Counted from the first letter of the stretch, positions 42,349 through 52,881 are shown. The stretch: 64,000 bases of DNA from a candidate division WWE3 bacterium RIFCSPHIGHO2_01_FULL_40_23 (GCA_001772615.1 MEUZ01000003.1:109698-173697), one strand, 5' to 3'. Notes: generated by a model from the sequence alone, not told the origin. Translations and numbers: made by a program.

Positions 42349-43702
42349 ACTTTAAGAGTTTATCAGAAAAGTAGCCGTACATATATTCGGATGAGTATTT
42401 GTCAAAAAAACTTTGGACTTCCGCTTCCGATGCCTCGGCATAAAAATGCATGACAACATTTGCAAGCTGATCAGCGCATGAGTACATCTTGCTCGCATTT
42501 GGAAGGATTCTATCCCCATCAAGCTTAATTGCTCCGTTTTCAAGGCAGTAGTTATAAAAAACGCGGTAGCCCACAAGATAATTCTCTACCTGCGGCGCGG
42601 TTTTACGTATGAAGTAATCCGAAAAAGTTCTCATCAACATCACATATAAAATAGCCTCAAGATCTTTCTGGGACAAAACGCCTTTTATTACCTGAAATCC
42701 GCAGGCTTTAATGCCAACAATGGACGAATGAAGCTCCATAACAGGGTTAGACATACTCTTTAAGCGCTTCCAAGCTCCTTCATACTGAAAAATCGCTTCC
42801 GTAATCTCATGAGCAAGAACGAGTCTTACAGCGTTAGCCATTATAAAATCGTCACTGAAACTTTTCTGAACACCTAATTCAATAAAGTCCCTGAATAGCG
42901 GAAGGAGCATTTGACCGTCTCTTCTTTCAATGTTATTTGTGTAAACGACAATTTTAATACCACACTTTTTAATCGTATTAATATCTTCGGGATAATTTAC
43001 GGCTCTTGCGGGAAGTGAAGCATTCCTTCCCCCAATACAAATAACATTATCAACTCGTACCTTTATCATATCCGCTGAAACATTCTGCCTTGCCTTTGAT
43101 CCAAAAGGAGGAAGCATGTTTCTTATTACATCCACATAATTTAAAGGATTATATGAACCGTTCGTGCCCGTATATGTAAAATTAAAATTATAAGCTTTCT
43201 TTAAACTAAAAAGTCTGTCCGCATATGACCCAAGAGGCCCTGCCATAAGATGTAAAAAGCTTTTATTATCAACTGCTATCCATGCTTTTTCAAGAGTTGA
43301 GTAATCCCCATGACAAAACTCTTTAGAAGCTATTTCTAGATATTTTTTGAAACTTTTTTCAGAGGCAAGTTTTGAAGCCTTTAAAAATAGATCAGATATT
43401 TCTTTTAGAACATCTCTATATTCCTCATGATAATAAACAGCACAAAGCTTCCCACTTGAGTCTCTTTTAACAACCGTGTAAGGGTCTAAAATCTTAGGTT
43501 CTTTTTTAGATGCTTCTTCAATTTCTTTACGCGTTGCATCTGTAGGATAAAAACCCCCACCCTTAAAATCCCCATCCGCCTGCTTTGCAAATATTTCACC
43601 AACTTTTTTTCCAGCTTCTTTTAATATTTCTACAATTTTTAAATCTGTCTTTGAAAATCTCTTTTTCTCAATAGGATATTCAAGGTAATACTTCTCATTC
43701 AT
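42338..43702 (-). CDS. Peptidase M49 (DPP III)-like protein with degenerate metal motif
   Basis: FYP.D, DPYTVV, GP..SY.D.LF..K.A, N.P.D, LAHEITEA. Confidence 0.65.
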   Translation of the reverse strand: MNEKYYLEYPIEKKRFSKTDLKIVEILKEAGKKVGEIFAKQADGDFKGGGFYPTDATRKEIEEASKKEPKILDPYTVVKRDSSGKLCAVYYHEEYRDVLKEISDLFLKASKLASEKSFKKYLEIASKEFCHGDYSTLEKAWIAVDNKSFLHLMAGPLGSYADRLFSLKKAYNFNFTYTGTNGSYNPLNYVDVIRNMLPPFGSKARQNVSADMIKVRVDNVICIGGRNASLPARAVNYPEDINTIKKCGIKIVVYTNNIERRDGQMLLPLFRDFIELGVQKSFSDDFIMANAVRLVLAHEITEAIFQYEGAWKRLKSMSNPVMELHSSIVGIKACGFQVIKGVLSQKDLEAILYVMLMRTFSDYFIRKTAPQVENYLVGYRVFYNYCLENGAIKLDGDRILPNASKMYSCADQLANVVMHFYAEASEAEVQSFFDKYSSEYMYGYFSDKLLKYEF

Positions 43703-44168
43703 AAAACACTTCCAAAATCTTATATTTAAGTTTAACTACTGGAGTTGTGACTTCTATGACGTCTCCAACTTTTGACCCCAAAAGAGCCTGTCCGACTGGA
43801 GACTCGTTGGAAATTAAATTTTTTATAGGATTTGCCTCTACACTTCCGACAATTTTAAACTTGTCAACCTCTCCGTCACATTCAACTTTAACCATTGCCC
43901 CGATAGAAATAAAGTCAGCGGCTATCTTTGCTTTTTTCTCATCTATTATCTTGTAATCTGAAAGTATACTTTCAAGCTCCGAAATCCTTCTTTCAAGAAG
44001 GGTTTGCTTTTCAAGCTCTAGATCATATTGAATATTATCTTCATAACCGCCAGATTCAATGGCGGCTTTAATTCTTTCGGCGGCTTTTTGCCTTCCGTTT
44101 GCTATGAGGTCGCTATATTCCTCCTGTAATTTGCTTAATCCCTGCTTTGTAAGATATGTGTTTCCCAT
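43695..44168 (-). CDS. GreA/GreB-family paralog with divergent acidic tip
   Basis: YLTKQGL, RRISELE, ISNESPVGQALLG; tip GGYEDNIQY. Confidence 0.85.
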   Translation of the reverse strand: MGNTYLTKQGLSKLQEEYSDLIANGRQKAAERIKAAIESGGYEDNIQYDLELEKQTLLERRISELESILSDYKIIDEKKAKIAADFISIGAMVKVECDGEVDKFKIVGSVEANPIKNLISNESPVGQALLGSKVGDVIEVTTPVVKLKYKILEVFYE

Positions 44169-44211
44169 AACACCCTTCTTCGGGCACTTAATTTAAGTCA
44201 ATCTGGCAGGT

Positions 44212-44676
44212 TTACTTGATGCTAAGGATTGTATACGTAAGCTTTCCAACGGGAGCTTCCACTTCAACTTTATCTCCAATTCTTTTTCCCATTAAAGCTA
44301 GTCCAAGGGGAGACTCATGTGAAATTTTCCTCTCCATTGGGTTTGCCTCAACTGCCCCGACTATATAAAACTCTTCTTCCCCGCCTTCTACATGAACTTT
44401 AACAACACACCCGACATCCACAACATCACTGTTTTTATTTTCTTTTATGGTTTCAACGTTTTTTAATATCTCCTCAAGCTCTGTAATTCTACCTTCAATA
44501 AACGCTTGTCTTTCACGCGCGGATTCATACTCGGCATTTTCGGAAATATCGCCCATTTCTCTTGCGGACTTTATTCTTTCCGCGATCTTTGAGCGCTCTA
44601 CATCCACCAGATTCTTATATTCTTTTTTAATTTCTTCAAAACCTTCTTTTGTAAGGTATACTTTACTCTTTTTCAT
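44212..44676 (-). CDS. greA: Transcription elongation factor GreA
   Basis: GDISENAEY, ISHESPLGLAL. Confidence 0.96.
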   Translation of the reverse strand: MKKSKVYLTKEGFEEIKKEYKNLVDVERSKIAERIKSAREMGDISENAEYESARERQAFIEGRITELEEILKNVETIKENKNSDVVDVGCVVKVHVEGGEEEFYIVGAVEANPMERKISHESPLGLALMGKRIGDKVEVEAPVGKLTYTILSIK

Positions 44677-44762
44677 AAAAATAAAAAAATCCCCTCAAAC
44701 AAACCGAAGCTTAAAGATTAAGAGGGGGAACTTTTTTTCTTAAATCCTTTGTAACGTGAATG

Positions 44763-44791
44763 ATCGTATCACGCAAAAACCTTAATGTCAA
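44763..44791 (-). promoter_or_regulatory. Sigma70 promoter of the greA operon
   Basis: TTGACA-17 nt-TACGAT with extended TG. Confidence 0.75.
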
Positions 44792-44863
44792 GCTAAGGAA
44801 ACGTTGATTTGACAACAAAAATGGCTCTTTCAATCAATAGTGTGTGTCTGATAAAATTAAAGA

Positions 44864-46051
44864 GTGAAAAGACTGCTCATTCCACTTCTTCTCCTTTTAA
44901 CCTTTCTATTATTAGGATACATTTTAGTCAGATCAAAGAACCAAAAAATCTTAACGTTAACCAAAAACTTCAAGGAATCCGAAAAAACGGTTGCCTTACT
45001 TAAGGATGATATTAAAGTAAAAGAAGCTACAATCTCTTCCCTTAGCAAAGAACTTGAAGGAATTAGAGGTACAGTTATTTATAAAGAGTTAAAGCTCATA
45101 AAAGATACCCTTATAAACTTTAAAAAGCTTAAGGACAAAGTAAATTCTTATCAAAAACTGGGTGTGAAAACGGAAAGCGTGGCGGACAAGTTTCCTATTC
45201 TGACGGATTTGCTTTTAGAATTAAAGTTTGAGGAGGCAAGTAGTTCCATTAAAGCCTATGACGATAACCTTGAAAAACTGTATGAACAAAAAAAGGAAGA
45301 AGAAAGAAAGGCTTTAGAAGAACTTCAGAGAAGGTACACTCAAGTTTTGGATCAGGGCGGCTACATTAGATACAGTGTTAGAACAGACGTCGGGGTCTTT
45401 CTAGCAGACATCCTTGTTGCTGACCTTAACAAAGTAAGGGTCATAACCGATACTGCAAACGATTCGGATTGCAAAAGAGACTGCGCGTTATTAACACTTG
45501 CTTCCTTTGTTTCAAGAAACGGTGGTTTTGCAGGTATTAACGGATCCTACTACTGCCCTCCTGAATACCCTCAATGCAGTGATAAAAAAAACTCCTTTGA
45601 TTTTCCCGTGTATAACTCAAGACTTGGCAAATGGATTAATAAAAAGAACCTATTTTGGGACAACAGAGCATTAATAACATTTAGGGGAAATAGCGGAAGT
45701 TTTTACAAATTTGAAAAAAGCTACAGCACTGGTACATCCGTTGATGCCGGTTTAGCGATGGTCCCCGGCCTTCTTCAAAATGGAAGTGTAATAGTTGGCT
45801 CATATAAACTTGAGGCAAAAGAACAGATAAGGTCAACCCGAAGCTCAATAGGGTTTAGCGGTTCAAAAGTGTATGCAATAACGGCAAGAGGCGTGAACAC
45901 CTACGAGCTTGCTTATGTACAAAAGGCTGTGGGCGCCAAGAATGCTCTCGCTCTTGACGGAGGCGGCTCCATTAATTTTTATTATAACGGGGTATATTAC
46001 GCAGGACCCGGAAGAGCCCAAGCCAATTCAATAATTTTTAAATATAGGTAA
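44864..46051 (+). CDS. Membrane-anchored coiled-coil protein with phosphodiester glycosidase (NAGPA-like) domain
   Basis: N-terminal TM, coiled coil, GINGSY, RSSIG, ALALDGGGS. Confidence 0.8.
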   Translation: MKRLLIPLLLLLTFLLLGYILVRSKNQKILTLTKNFKESEKTVALLKDDIKVKEATISSLSKELEGIRGTVIYKELKLIKDTLINFKKLKDKVNSYQKLGVKTESVADKFPILTDLLLELKFEEASSSIKAYDDNLEKLYEQKKEEERKALEELQRRYTQVLDQGGYIRYSVRTDVGVFLADILVADLNKVRVITDTANDSDCKRDCALLTLASFVSRNGGFAGINGSYYCPPEYPQCSDKKNSFDFPVYNSRLGKWINKKNLFWDNRALITFRGNSGSFYKFEKSYSTGTSVDAGLAMVPGLLQNGSVIVGSYKLEAKEQIRSTRSSIGFSGSKVYAITARGVNTYELAYVQKAVGAKNALALDGGGSINFYYNGVYYAGPGRAQANSIIFKYR

Positions 46052-46052
46052 A

Positions 46053-46859
46053 TTAACTTTTCTTTCTTGCCATACCTACTATGTGTGCTTTTATAAATTC
46101 GGGCTTTAACCCGTTTAAAAGCCTATCAAAAAAGTTTGAAAGGAAAAAAGAAGGTTTATTGAAAGAGGTATAGCCCGGATCATAGTTTAATTTTAATTCA
46201 ATATCTGAAAATGAAGTTTTGTATAAAAGCTCTTTTAAAACTTTGATCTCATTAGCTTTATAAAAAGTTGTGAAAACATCACTTTCGCCTCTGTCATAAA
46301 GGAATTTATTTACAAAAAAGTTTAGTTTTTGGTTTTTTAAAACTTCTTTAAGCCTCAACAAAAAGTAATCCTTATTGGGAGTAGCCAGAATTAAATACCC
46401 TCCTTTTTTAAGCACCCTTGAAACCTCCAAAAAAACCTTTTCCGGTCTTTCTAAATGCTCTATCACCCACATAGATATAACGACGTCAAAAATCCCGTTT
46501 TCATATGGAATTTTTTCAAGATTTCCATACTTTATCTCATCAAGACATATATTCTTACCTGTAAATTCAGGGTTTATATCAACACCAAAAGCGCGGGAAA
46601 TTTTATCTCTGTACTCATCTATTACGTAATTCCCGTTTCCGCATCCTGCATCCAAAACCTTAAGAGGGTGGGATAAATCAGAGACTGCCCTATCAAAAAG
46701 ACTGCATAAAACAATATGTGTATTATCCCAAGAAGGATTTAACTTTTTATATTCTCTATTAAAAAATATCTGTCTTTTTTCTTTCGGAGAGAGAACCGAA
46801 TAAATCTTAATATACCCCTCCTCAAGGACTTTTGATTTAGCCGTCTTTACTTTTCGCAC
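46053..46859 (-). CDS. Class I SAM-dependent methyltransferase
   Basis: VLDAGCGNG, FDVVIS.WVIEH, LKKGG. Confidence 0.9.
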   Translation of the reverse strand: MRKVKTAKSKVLEEGYIKIYSVLSPKEKRQIFFNREYKKLNPSWDNTHIVLCSLFDRAVSDLSHPLKVLDAGCGNGNYVIDEYRDKISRAFGVDINPEFTGKNICLDEIKYGNLEKIPYENGIFDVVISMWVIEHLERPEKVFLEVSRVLKKGGYLILATPNKDYFLLRLKEVLKNQKLNFFVNKFLYDRGESDVFTTFYKANEIKVLKELLYKTSFSDIELKLNYDPGYTSFNKPSFFLSNFFDRLLNGLKPEFIKAHIVGMARKKS

Positions 46860-46888
46860 GAGAGAAGTATATCAGTTAGAATCAATAT

Positions 46889-47740
46889 ATGGACCTTTCT
46901 TTAAATATAACCGGGGGATTCCCCGATTACTCCCTTATTGATAGCGGCGGGGGCTACAGGCTTGAGAGATTTAAGGATATTGTGGTAGCTAAACCTGACC
47001 CTCAAGCCATTTGGAAAAGAAGAACTAAACTCTGGGATAAAGCAGATCTAATATTTAACAAAGAAACAAATGCTTGGGAAAAAAGATCCGAAGTTCCAGA
47101 CTCTTGGAATTTAAAATGGGGAAATTTAAAATTTAAAGTCAAACCCACTCCTTTTAAGCACCTGGGTATTTTTCCCGAACAAAGCGATCACTGGGACTTT
47201 ATTAAAAGAAAAATAGAACATGAAGAAAGAGAAATAAAGGTGCTGAATCTATTCGGGTACACCGGAGCCGCAAGCGTTGTGTCGGAGGCATTCGGGGGCT
47301 TAGTAACTCACGTGGACGCTTCAAAACCTGCGCTAATATGGGTTAAGGAAAACGAGAAACTAAATAATCTTTCAGGAGAAATAAGAGTAATAAATGATGA
47401 CTGCCTTAAATTTACTGGGAGAGAGATAAAAAGAGGAGCAAAATATGACCTGATACTTGCAGACCCGCCCGCATTTGGACATGGAGCCCAAAATGAAACT
47501 TGGAAATTTAACGAGGGTTTCCCAAAGCTCTTAGCAAATGTCATTAATTTGCTATCAGACGAGCCGATTGGGATCCTAATTAACGCTTATGCTATCTCCT
47601 CCCCGTCAACTATGCTCTTAAATACTTTAAGAGATTATCTTTCGGGTGGAAAAGTAACATATGGAGAGCTTTTGCTCTCCGAAGAGACGGGAAGAAACTT
47701 CTCAACGGGGATTTATGCCCGCTGGGAGCCTAATACCTAA
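46889..47740 (+). CDS. SAM-dependent methyltransferase (RlmI/YwbD-like)
   Basis: [34 protein letters not shown]. Confidence 0.88.
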   Translation: MDLSLNITGGFPDYSLIDSGGGYRLERFKDIVVAKPDPQAIWKRRTKLWDKADLIFNKETNAWEKRSEVPDSWNLKWGNLKFKVKPTPFKHLGIFPEQSDHWDFIKRKIEHEEREIKVLNLFGYTGAASVVSEAFGGLVTHVDASKPALIWVKENEKLNNLSGEIRVINDDCLKFTGREIKRGAKYDLILADPPAFGHGAQNETWKFNEGFPKLLANVINLLSDEPIGILINAYAISSPSTMLLNTLRDYLSGGKVTYGELLLSEETGRNFSTGIYARWEPNT

Positions 47741-49964
47741 ACTTTACCCTTTTTAAAAGAAGCGAATTGGAGACAACCGATACCGAAGATAAAGCCATAG
47801 CCATTGAAGCAAATATCGGATTTAAAAGAAGGCCGAAAAACGGGTACAAAACACCGGCCGCAACCGGTATTAAAGCAACATTATAAAAGAAAGCCCAGAA
47901 AAGATTCATTTTTATCGTTCTCATAGTTTTTCTTGAAAGTTCAATTGCAAGGGCGACAGAAGCCAAATCCTTATTTATTAATGTTATACCCGCAGATTCC
48001 ATGGCAACATCTGTTCCACTGCTCATAGCTATCCCCACATCAGAAGAAGCAAGGGCAGGAGCGTCGTTAATCCCATCCCCTACCATAGCTACGGTTAAGC
48101 CCCCAGACTGGATTTTTTTAATTTCGGCCTCTTTCTGATCAGGAAGAACTTCCGAAAGTACATTTTCTATTCCAAGACTTCTGCCTATGGCCAAAGCCGC
48201 CCTTTGATTATCCCCCGTTATCATATAAATCTTAATCCCAAGCTTTTTAAGTTTTTGGATAGCACCAGAGGCACTTTCTTTAACCCTATCCGAAATAGCA
48301 ACAATCCCGTATAAAGCTTCATCAACCGCTAAAAATACAACAGTTTTCCCTTCATTTTCCAGTTTTTGCACTTTCTCCTCGTACTCTTTAGCATTTATCC
48401 CAAAGTTAGTCATTAGCCTTCTATTTCCAAGAAGAACCTTTTGACCCAAAATCTCGCCTTCAACTCCAAACCCTGATGTCACCTTGAATTTTTCAATCTT
48501 TTGAAAAGCTACATTCTTCTTTTCACCTTCATTAACAATAGCTTCCGCAAGTGAATGCTCCGATCCCTTCTCCAAAGAAGAGGCAAGTGTAAGAACTTTA
48601 TCCTCTGAAATCCCATTTAGACCTATGACATCTGTTACCTCGGGCTTGCCTTTGGTCAAGGTTCCCGTCTTATCAAATACTACTACCCTAATCTTATGAG
48701 CAATTTCAAGGCTTCTGGCATCCTTTATTAAAATCCCGTTTTCGGCTCCCTTAGCAGTTCCAACCATAACGGCCGTTGGTGTAGCAAGCCCCATAGCGCA
48801 GGGGCAGGCAATTATAAGGACGGCAACCGTGTTTAAAAGTGCAAAAATGAAAGAAGGAGCAGGGCCAAAGTCATACCAGATTACAAAGGTTAAAACGGCA
48901 ATAATCATTACAACAGGTACAAAATAAGATGAAACAAGATCCGCAAACCTTTGAATCGGTGCCTTGCTCCCCTGTGCCTCTTCAACCATCTTTATTATCT
49001 GGGATAAAAGTGTGTCCTTTCCTACCCTTGATGCCTTAAACAAGAAGGTTCCGCTCTTATTTAACGTGGCCCCTATAACCGTATGCCCAGCTTTTTTATC
49101 AATAGGAATACTCTCCCCCGTCACCATTGACTCATCAATTGACGATTCACCTTCCAGTAATACCCCATCAACGGGAATTTTCTCGCCCGGCCTAACCCGA
49201 ACAATATCACCTATTAAAACCTCCGATATGGGAACATCAACCTCCCTCCCATCCTTTACAATTCTAGCCGTTTTTGCCTGGAGCCCGATCAACTTCTTAA
49301 TAGCTTCGGACGTCCTTAATTTTGCCTTCGCTTCAAGATACCTTCCTAAAAGAATCAATGCAATAATAATTGTAGAAACATCAAAATAAGGTTCGGGTTT
49401 GATACCAATCCCCTCCACCACTTGAGGAAAAACCGTTACAAAAGCCGAGTAAAAAAAAGCAACCGAGGTTCCAAGAGCTACAAGAGTGTCCATATTAGCT
49501 GTTCTGTGCTTTAATGCGGGGATTGTTGCCAGGTAAAAATCATACCCCACAAAAAACTGAACGATAAACGCAAGAACAAGCTGAATATAAAAATTTCTTA
49601 ATATCAACGGAGATGTCTCAATAAAACCAGGAAAACTCCCCCAAAATATAAGGAGGCCAAGTGATAAACCTACAAAAACTTTATATTTCAGTACTTTTAA
49701 CTCTCTTTCCTTCTCTTTCTTTTGCAGATCTTCTTCCGTAAGCTCCTCTTCAACCATTGCCTTATATCCTACATTTGAAACAACACTGCAAAGCTTTTCA
49801 TAAGAGACTTTATCTGGATCAAACGTCACACTTGCCTTTTCGGTTGTTAAATTAACATTTGCCTCTGACACACCCTCTGTTTCCTTTAGGGACTGCTCAA
49901 TGGTCCTTACACAGGAAGCGCAGTGCATTCCTTTAATTAATAAAGTTTTCTTTATATTTCCCAT
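47730..49964 (-). CDS. copA: Copper-translocating P1B-type ATPase
   Basis: [34 protein letters not shown]. Confidence 0.95.
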   Translation of the reverse strand: MGNIKKTLLIKGMHCASCVRTIEQSLKETEGVSEANVNLTTEKASVTFDPDKVSYEKLCSVVSNVGYKAMVEEELTEEDLQKKEKERELKVLKYKVFVGLSLGLLIFWGSFPGFIETSPLILRNFYIQLVLAFIVQFFVGYDFYLATIPALKHRTANMDTLVALGTSVAFFYSAFVTVFPQVVEGIGIKPEPYFDVSTIIIALILLGRYLEAKAKLRTSEAIKKLIGLQAKTARIVKDGREVDVPISEVLIGDIVRVRPGEKIPVDGVLLEGESSIDESMVTGESIPIDKKAGHTVIGATLNKSGTFLFKASRVGKDTLLSQIIKMVEEAQGSKAPIQRFADLVSSYFVPVVMIIAVLTFVIWYDFGPAPSFIFALLNTVAVLIIACPCAMGLATPTAVMVGTAKGAENGILIKDARSLEIAHKIRVVVFDKTGTLTKGKPEVTDVIGLNGISEDKVLTLASSLEKGSEHSLAEAIVNEGEKKNVAFQKIEKFKVTSGFGVEGEILGQKVLLGNRRLMTNFGINAKEYEEKVQKLENEGKTVVFLAVDEALYGIVAISDRVKESASGAIQKLKKLGIKIYMITGDNQRAALAIGRSLGIENVLSEVLPDQKEAEIKKIQSGGLTVAMVGDGINDAPALASSDVGIAMSSGTDVAMESAGITLINKDLASVALAIELSRKTMRTIKMNLFWAFFYNVALIPVAAGVLYPFFGLLLNPIFASMAMALSSVSVVSNSLLLKRVKFRY

Positions 49965-50000
49965 AACTGCCCCCGATTACTATTTAGACGATTTTGGGAT

Positions 50001-50360
50001 TTAGCTTGCAACCACTTTTCCATGAAACATATTCATTCCACAGGAAAAAGGGTACTCCCCCGCTTTTTGAGGATTAACCTTAATCTCAACTTTTTTGTCT
50101 AAAGGAAGAAATTTCCTTATCCCAAAATCCGAAAGAACCACCTCCTCAAGACAGGAGTTTGAATCCTTTCTTATAAAGTTTAGTGTTGTTTCTTTTCCGA
50201 CTGGAACTTGAATTATTTCAGGGTTATACCCACCTTCAACCGTTATATCAATACTTGACACCGCCTTAACCTCCTTTCCCTTTCTCATCAGGAAAAAATA
50301 ATAAATAAATATTGAAAGCCCAAGCCCTGAAATAGTAACTAAAATTTTGTCTATAGACAT
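50001..50360 (-). CDS. Membrane-anchored cupredoxin (CupA-like)
   Basis: GGYNP, SCLEEV, FSCGMNMFHG. Confidence 0.9.
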   Translation of the reverse strand: MSIDKILVTISGLGLSIFIYYFFLMRKGKEVKAVSSIDITVEGGYNPEIIQVPVGKETTLNFIRKDSNSCLEEVVLSDFGIRKFLPLDKKVEIKVNPQKAGEYPFSCGMNMFHGKVVAS

Positions 50361-50366
50361 AAAAGC

Positions 50367-51881
50367 TTATGTAACTTTAATCTCTTTCATAGAAATTTTT
50401 GGCACGGGAAGGCAATCCGCCAGCTGCGGGTTGCATTGATTTTCAGGATCCTCCTTCTTCCCTCCTGTTTCCAACTTCAGAGAATCAGGCTTTTTAATAA
50501 CTGTGAACTGTGACCCTCTAGTTGTCATTCCCATTGAACAGCTAAATGCGAGAGAGCCTTCTCCATTAGGAGTAAACTTTATTGATTCGGTCTTATCGGG
50601 AGGAAGGTATTTTGTGATACCAAGCTTTGGAACCGTTATTACTTTCGCGCACCCCGACGCTTTTGAGGAATCTATCCACCATTCCACAGGAACACCCTCA
50701 TAAATAGTGAACTTTGAAGGGTAATACTCAAGACCCTCTATCCTCATCTTAATCACCTGAACACCGTTTATAATTTCACCGGTTATTTCCGAGCCAAGAA
50801 CCTCCTCACTCCCATGGTTAACATCAAAAGTTACTCTGGGGAGATTCAGACTCACACCCGATAAAACCATCCCGTTATTAAAGTTAAAAAGGCCAAGTAG
50901 CACTACAACCGCGCCGGAAAACTTAAGGAAATACCCATGAACCCTCCCCTTAACAAAACTTGAAATAACACCAAGCGACATTAGGGCAGGCAGGGTGCCA
51001 AGCGAAAACATAAACATCGTGATCGCGCCAACCGCAAAACTCCCTCTCGTAAGTACATACAATTGGAGTGCCTGCGTAAAACCACACGGAAGAAAAAAGG
51101 TCAAAGCCCCGAGGACAAAGGGAGCTTGAAGCCTTCCGTTCTCATTTAAGGCTTCTATTTTATGCCCGATAAACTTAGGAATTTTAGGTTGAAGTTTCGA
51201 AACCAACGGGAAAATTCCCAAAATCTGAAGGCCCAGAATAAGCATCACAACACTAACAACCATCGTCACAAAACCTGTAAAACTAGGCGAGTAGGAAAAA
51301 AAGGAACCGAAACTTCCAAGAAGGCCTCCCAGAAGAGTGTAAGAAGCAATTCTACCTACGTTAAAAAGAGCAAAGGGCTTAAACTTTTCAACGCCGCTTA
51401 AATTTGGATTTTGTTTGCTGTATCTTGCCGCACAGGCAAGAAGAAGACCTCCCGTTACTGCAATGCATGTTGAGACTGCAGCCGTTAAGCCAAGAAGAAA
51501 CACAAAACCATAACTCATGGTATCGGAAATGGCAATTTCAGGAGCCAGCTTTAATCCTCTTAAGATAAAATACCCCGCTACAACGATAAGAAAAATTGCG
51601 CCGGTTTCAAGGTGCTCCTTCTTGTCATCACTCGCAGGAGGAATATTTCCTAAAGATGGATCAAAAACCGTGTAGCCGTATTTATTAACCGCTTGGTTTA
51701 GCTCTGAAAGCGAAGGCCTTTTAGCGCATCTTAACTGGGCTGTTCCCATTGCCTGATCGGCTTTAACCTCTCTTACACCGTTAATCTTAGAGAGCTCTCT
51801 TTCTATCAACAGTTCACAGCTAGCACAGTGCATACCTTTTATTTTAAGCTTCACTTTTTTTATCTTATTCTCATTTTCCAT
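50367..51881 (-). CDS. HMA + DsbD_2/TauE-like + cupredoxin fusion protein
   Basis: GMHCASC, STCIAVTGG, FNVGRIASY, FLPCGFTQ, FSCSMGM. Confidence 0.88.
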   Translation of the reverse strand: MENENKIKKVKLKIKGMHCASCELLIERELSKINGVREVKADQAMGTAQLRCAKRPSLSELNQAVNKYGYTVFDPSLGNIPPASDDKKEHLETGAIFLIVVAGYFILRGLKLAPEIAISDTMSYGFVFLLGLTAAVSTCIAVTGGLLLACAARYSKQNPNLSGVEKFKPFALFNVGRIASYTLLGGLLGSFGSFFSYSPSFTGFVTMVVSVVMLILGLQILGIFPLVSKLQPKIPKFIGHKIEALNENGRLQAPFVLGALTFFLPCGFTQALQLYVLTRGSFAVGAITMFMFSLGTLPALMSLGVISSFVKGRVHGYFLKFSGAVVVLLGLFNFNNGMVLSGVSLNLPRVTFDVNHGSEEVLGSEITGEIINGVQVIKMRIEGLEYYPSKFTIYEGVPVEWWIDSSKASGCAKVITVPKLGITKYLPPDKTESIKFTPNGEGSLAFSCSMGMTTRGSQFTVIKKPDSLKLETGGKKEDPENQCNPQLADCLPVPKISMKEIKVT

Positions 51882-51892
51882 ATACTTAGTAT

Positions 51893-51929
51893 AACCTAAT
51901 TATAGACTAGGTTTGATAAATGATTGCAA
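51893..51929 (-). promoter_or_regulatory. Copper operon promoter/operator candidate
   Basis: TTGCAA-19 nt-TATAAT; AACCTA-N9-TAGGTT inverted repeat overlapping the -10. Confidence 0.5.
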
Positions 51930-51941
51930 GGTCATCAAATT

Positions 51942-52325
51942 TTATTTCAGGTTTTGCCAAAGGCCAATCACATTGCCTTCAGTATCGGTAACTCTTGCAT
52001 AAAGTCCCATATCCCCTACTTTCATTTCTGGTGTAACAACCTTTCCCCCGGCTTCCTCAACTTTATCTAAAGATCTTTGAAGCGACGCAACAGATAGAAC
52101 TATCACAACCGATTCAGATGGTGACTGCCTTTTCATCATTCCGCCGTTAATTGCACCCGACTCCTTGGGCATTCCCTTGTCATCAGTCTCAACAGTGTGA
52201 ACAAAATAATAATCCGATGTATCAAGAGGCGCTTTATGTATCTCCCACCCGAAAACATCACCGTAAAACTTTTGGGCTCTTTCTACATTGTCCGCGGGAA
52301 CTTCAAAATGAACTACTTTATCCAT
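51942..52325 (-). CDS. VOC/glyoxalase family protein
   Basis: VVHFEVPAD, FYGDVFGW, INGG, DTEGNVIGLWQ. Confidence 0.93.
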   Translation of the reverse strand: MDKVVHFEVPADNVERAQKFYGDVFGWEIHKAPLDTSDYYFVHTVETDDKGMPKESGAINGGMMKRQSPSESVVIVLSVASLQRSLDKVEEAGGKVVTPEMKVGDMGLYARVTDTEGNVIGLWQNLK

Positions 52326-52410
52326 ATTTCCTCCTAAAATTTTTTACTTGAATTTATATTCTAGACCTTGAATAGATATATATCAATATATGTGCCATTC
52401 CTGCAAGTTT

Positions 52411-52455
52411 GTCATTCCCGCGCTTGCCCGCCCTCTTGGCGGGAAAGCGGGAATC
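52411..52455. repeat. REP-like palindrome with a nested 21-nt palindrome
   Basis: GTCATTCCCGCG[cttgCCCGCCctcttGGCGGG]AAAGCGGGAATC. Confidence 0.7.
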
Positions 52456-52456
52456 T

Positions 52457-52493
52457 AAAAAATGGGGCAGTGCCTGATTTACAAACACTGCCC
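52457..52493 (-). terminator. Intrinsic terminator
   Basis: GGGCAGTG...CACTGCCC stem followed by a T run on the minus strand, downstream of 52510..52728. Confidence 0.6.
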
Positions 52494-52509
52494 AAAAAAG
52501 CGCTATTTG

Positions 52510-52728
52510 TCAGCGTACAGAAACTATCCAGGCCTGTCGCTGAATTGCCTCATACACCCTCTTTGGATATGGAGGAAGAAAAGCTGGGGCAACGTTATCC
52601 ACCCCATTGTGCGCGGCAAGCGCCATAATGACGCCACTCGGGTTTTCCCCCTCCCCTCTCACTGCTTCAGCCTTTAAGTCTTCAAGCGAAACCGGAATCC
52701 CTTCAAGAAGCTGGTCAACCACAGTCAT
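52510..52728 (-). CDS. Hypothetical protein
   Basis: ORF with AAGGAG SD upstream and a terminator downstream. Confidence 0.5.
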   Translation of the reverse strand: MTVVDQLLEGIPVSLEDLKAEAVRGEGENPSGVIMALAAHNGVDNVAPAFLPPYPKRVYEAIQRQAWIVSVR

Positions 52729-52881
52729 TTTCGTCTTCTCCTTTGTGAAGTTTAGTAAATACTATCAAAAAGCGAGAAGCGGTGTCATCTCGTTTAATTT
52801 AATGGCACCCTCCTAAACCTCAAATCCAGCGGTAAGAAACAAGAAAAACTCCCCATTTACTTTGGTATTATAATTTCCACT

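Noticed and set aside
518-52816. Numerous 60-140 aa ORFs antisense to or nested in long genes (e.g. 1939, 31694, 35001, 48964, 52368)
   Set aside because: Shadow ORFs of well-supported genes or of repeats.
52803-52830. TGGCACCCTCC as a further att core
   Set aside because: No TTCGAA or conserved tail follows; the similarity is too short.
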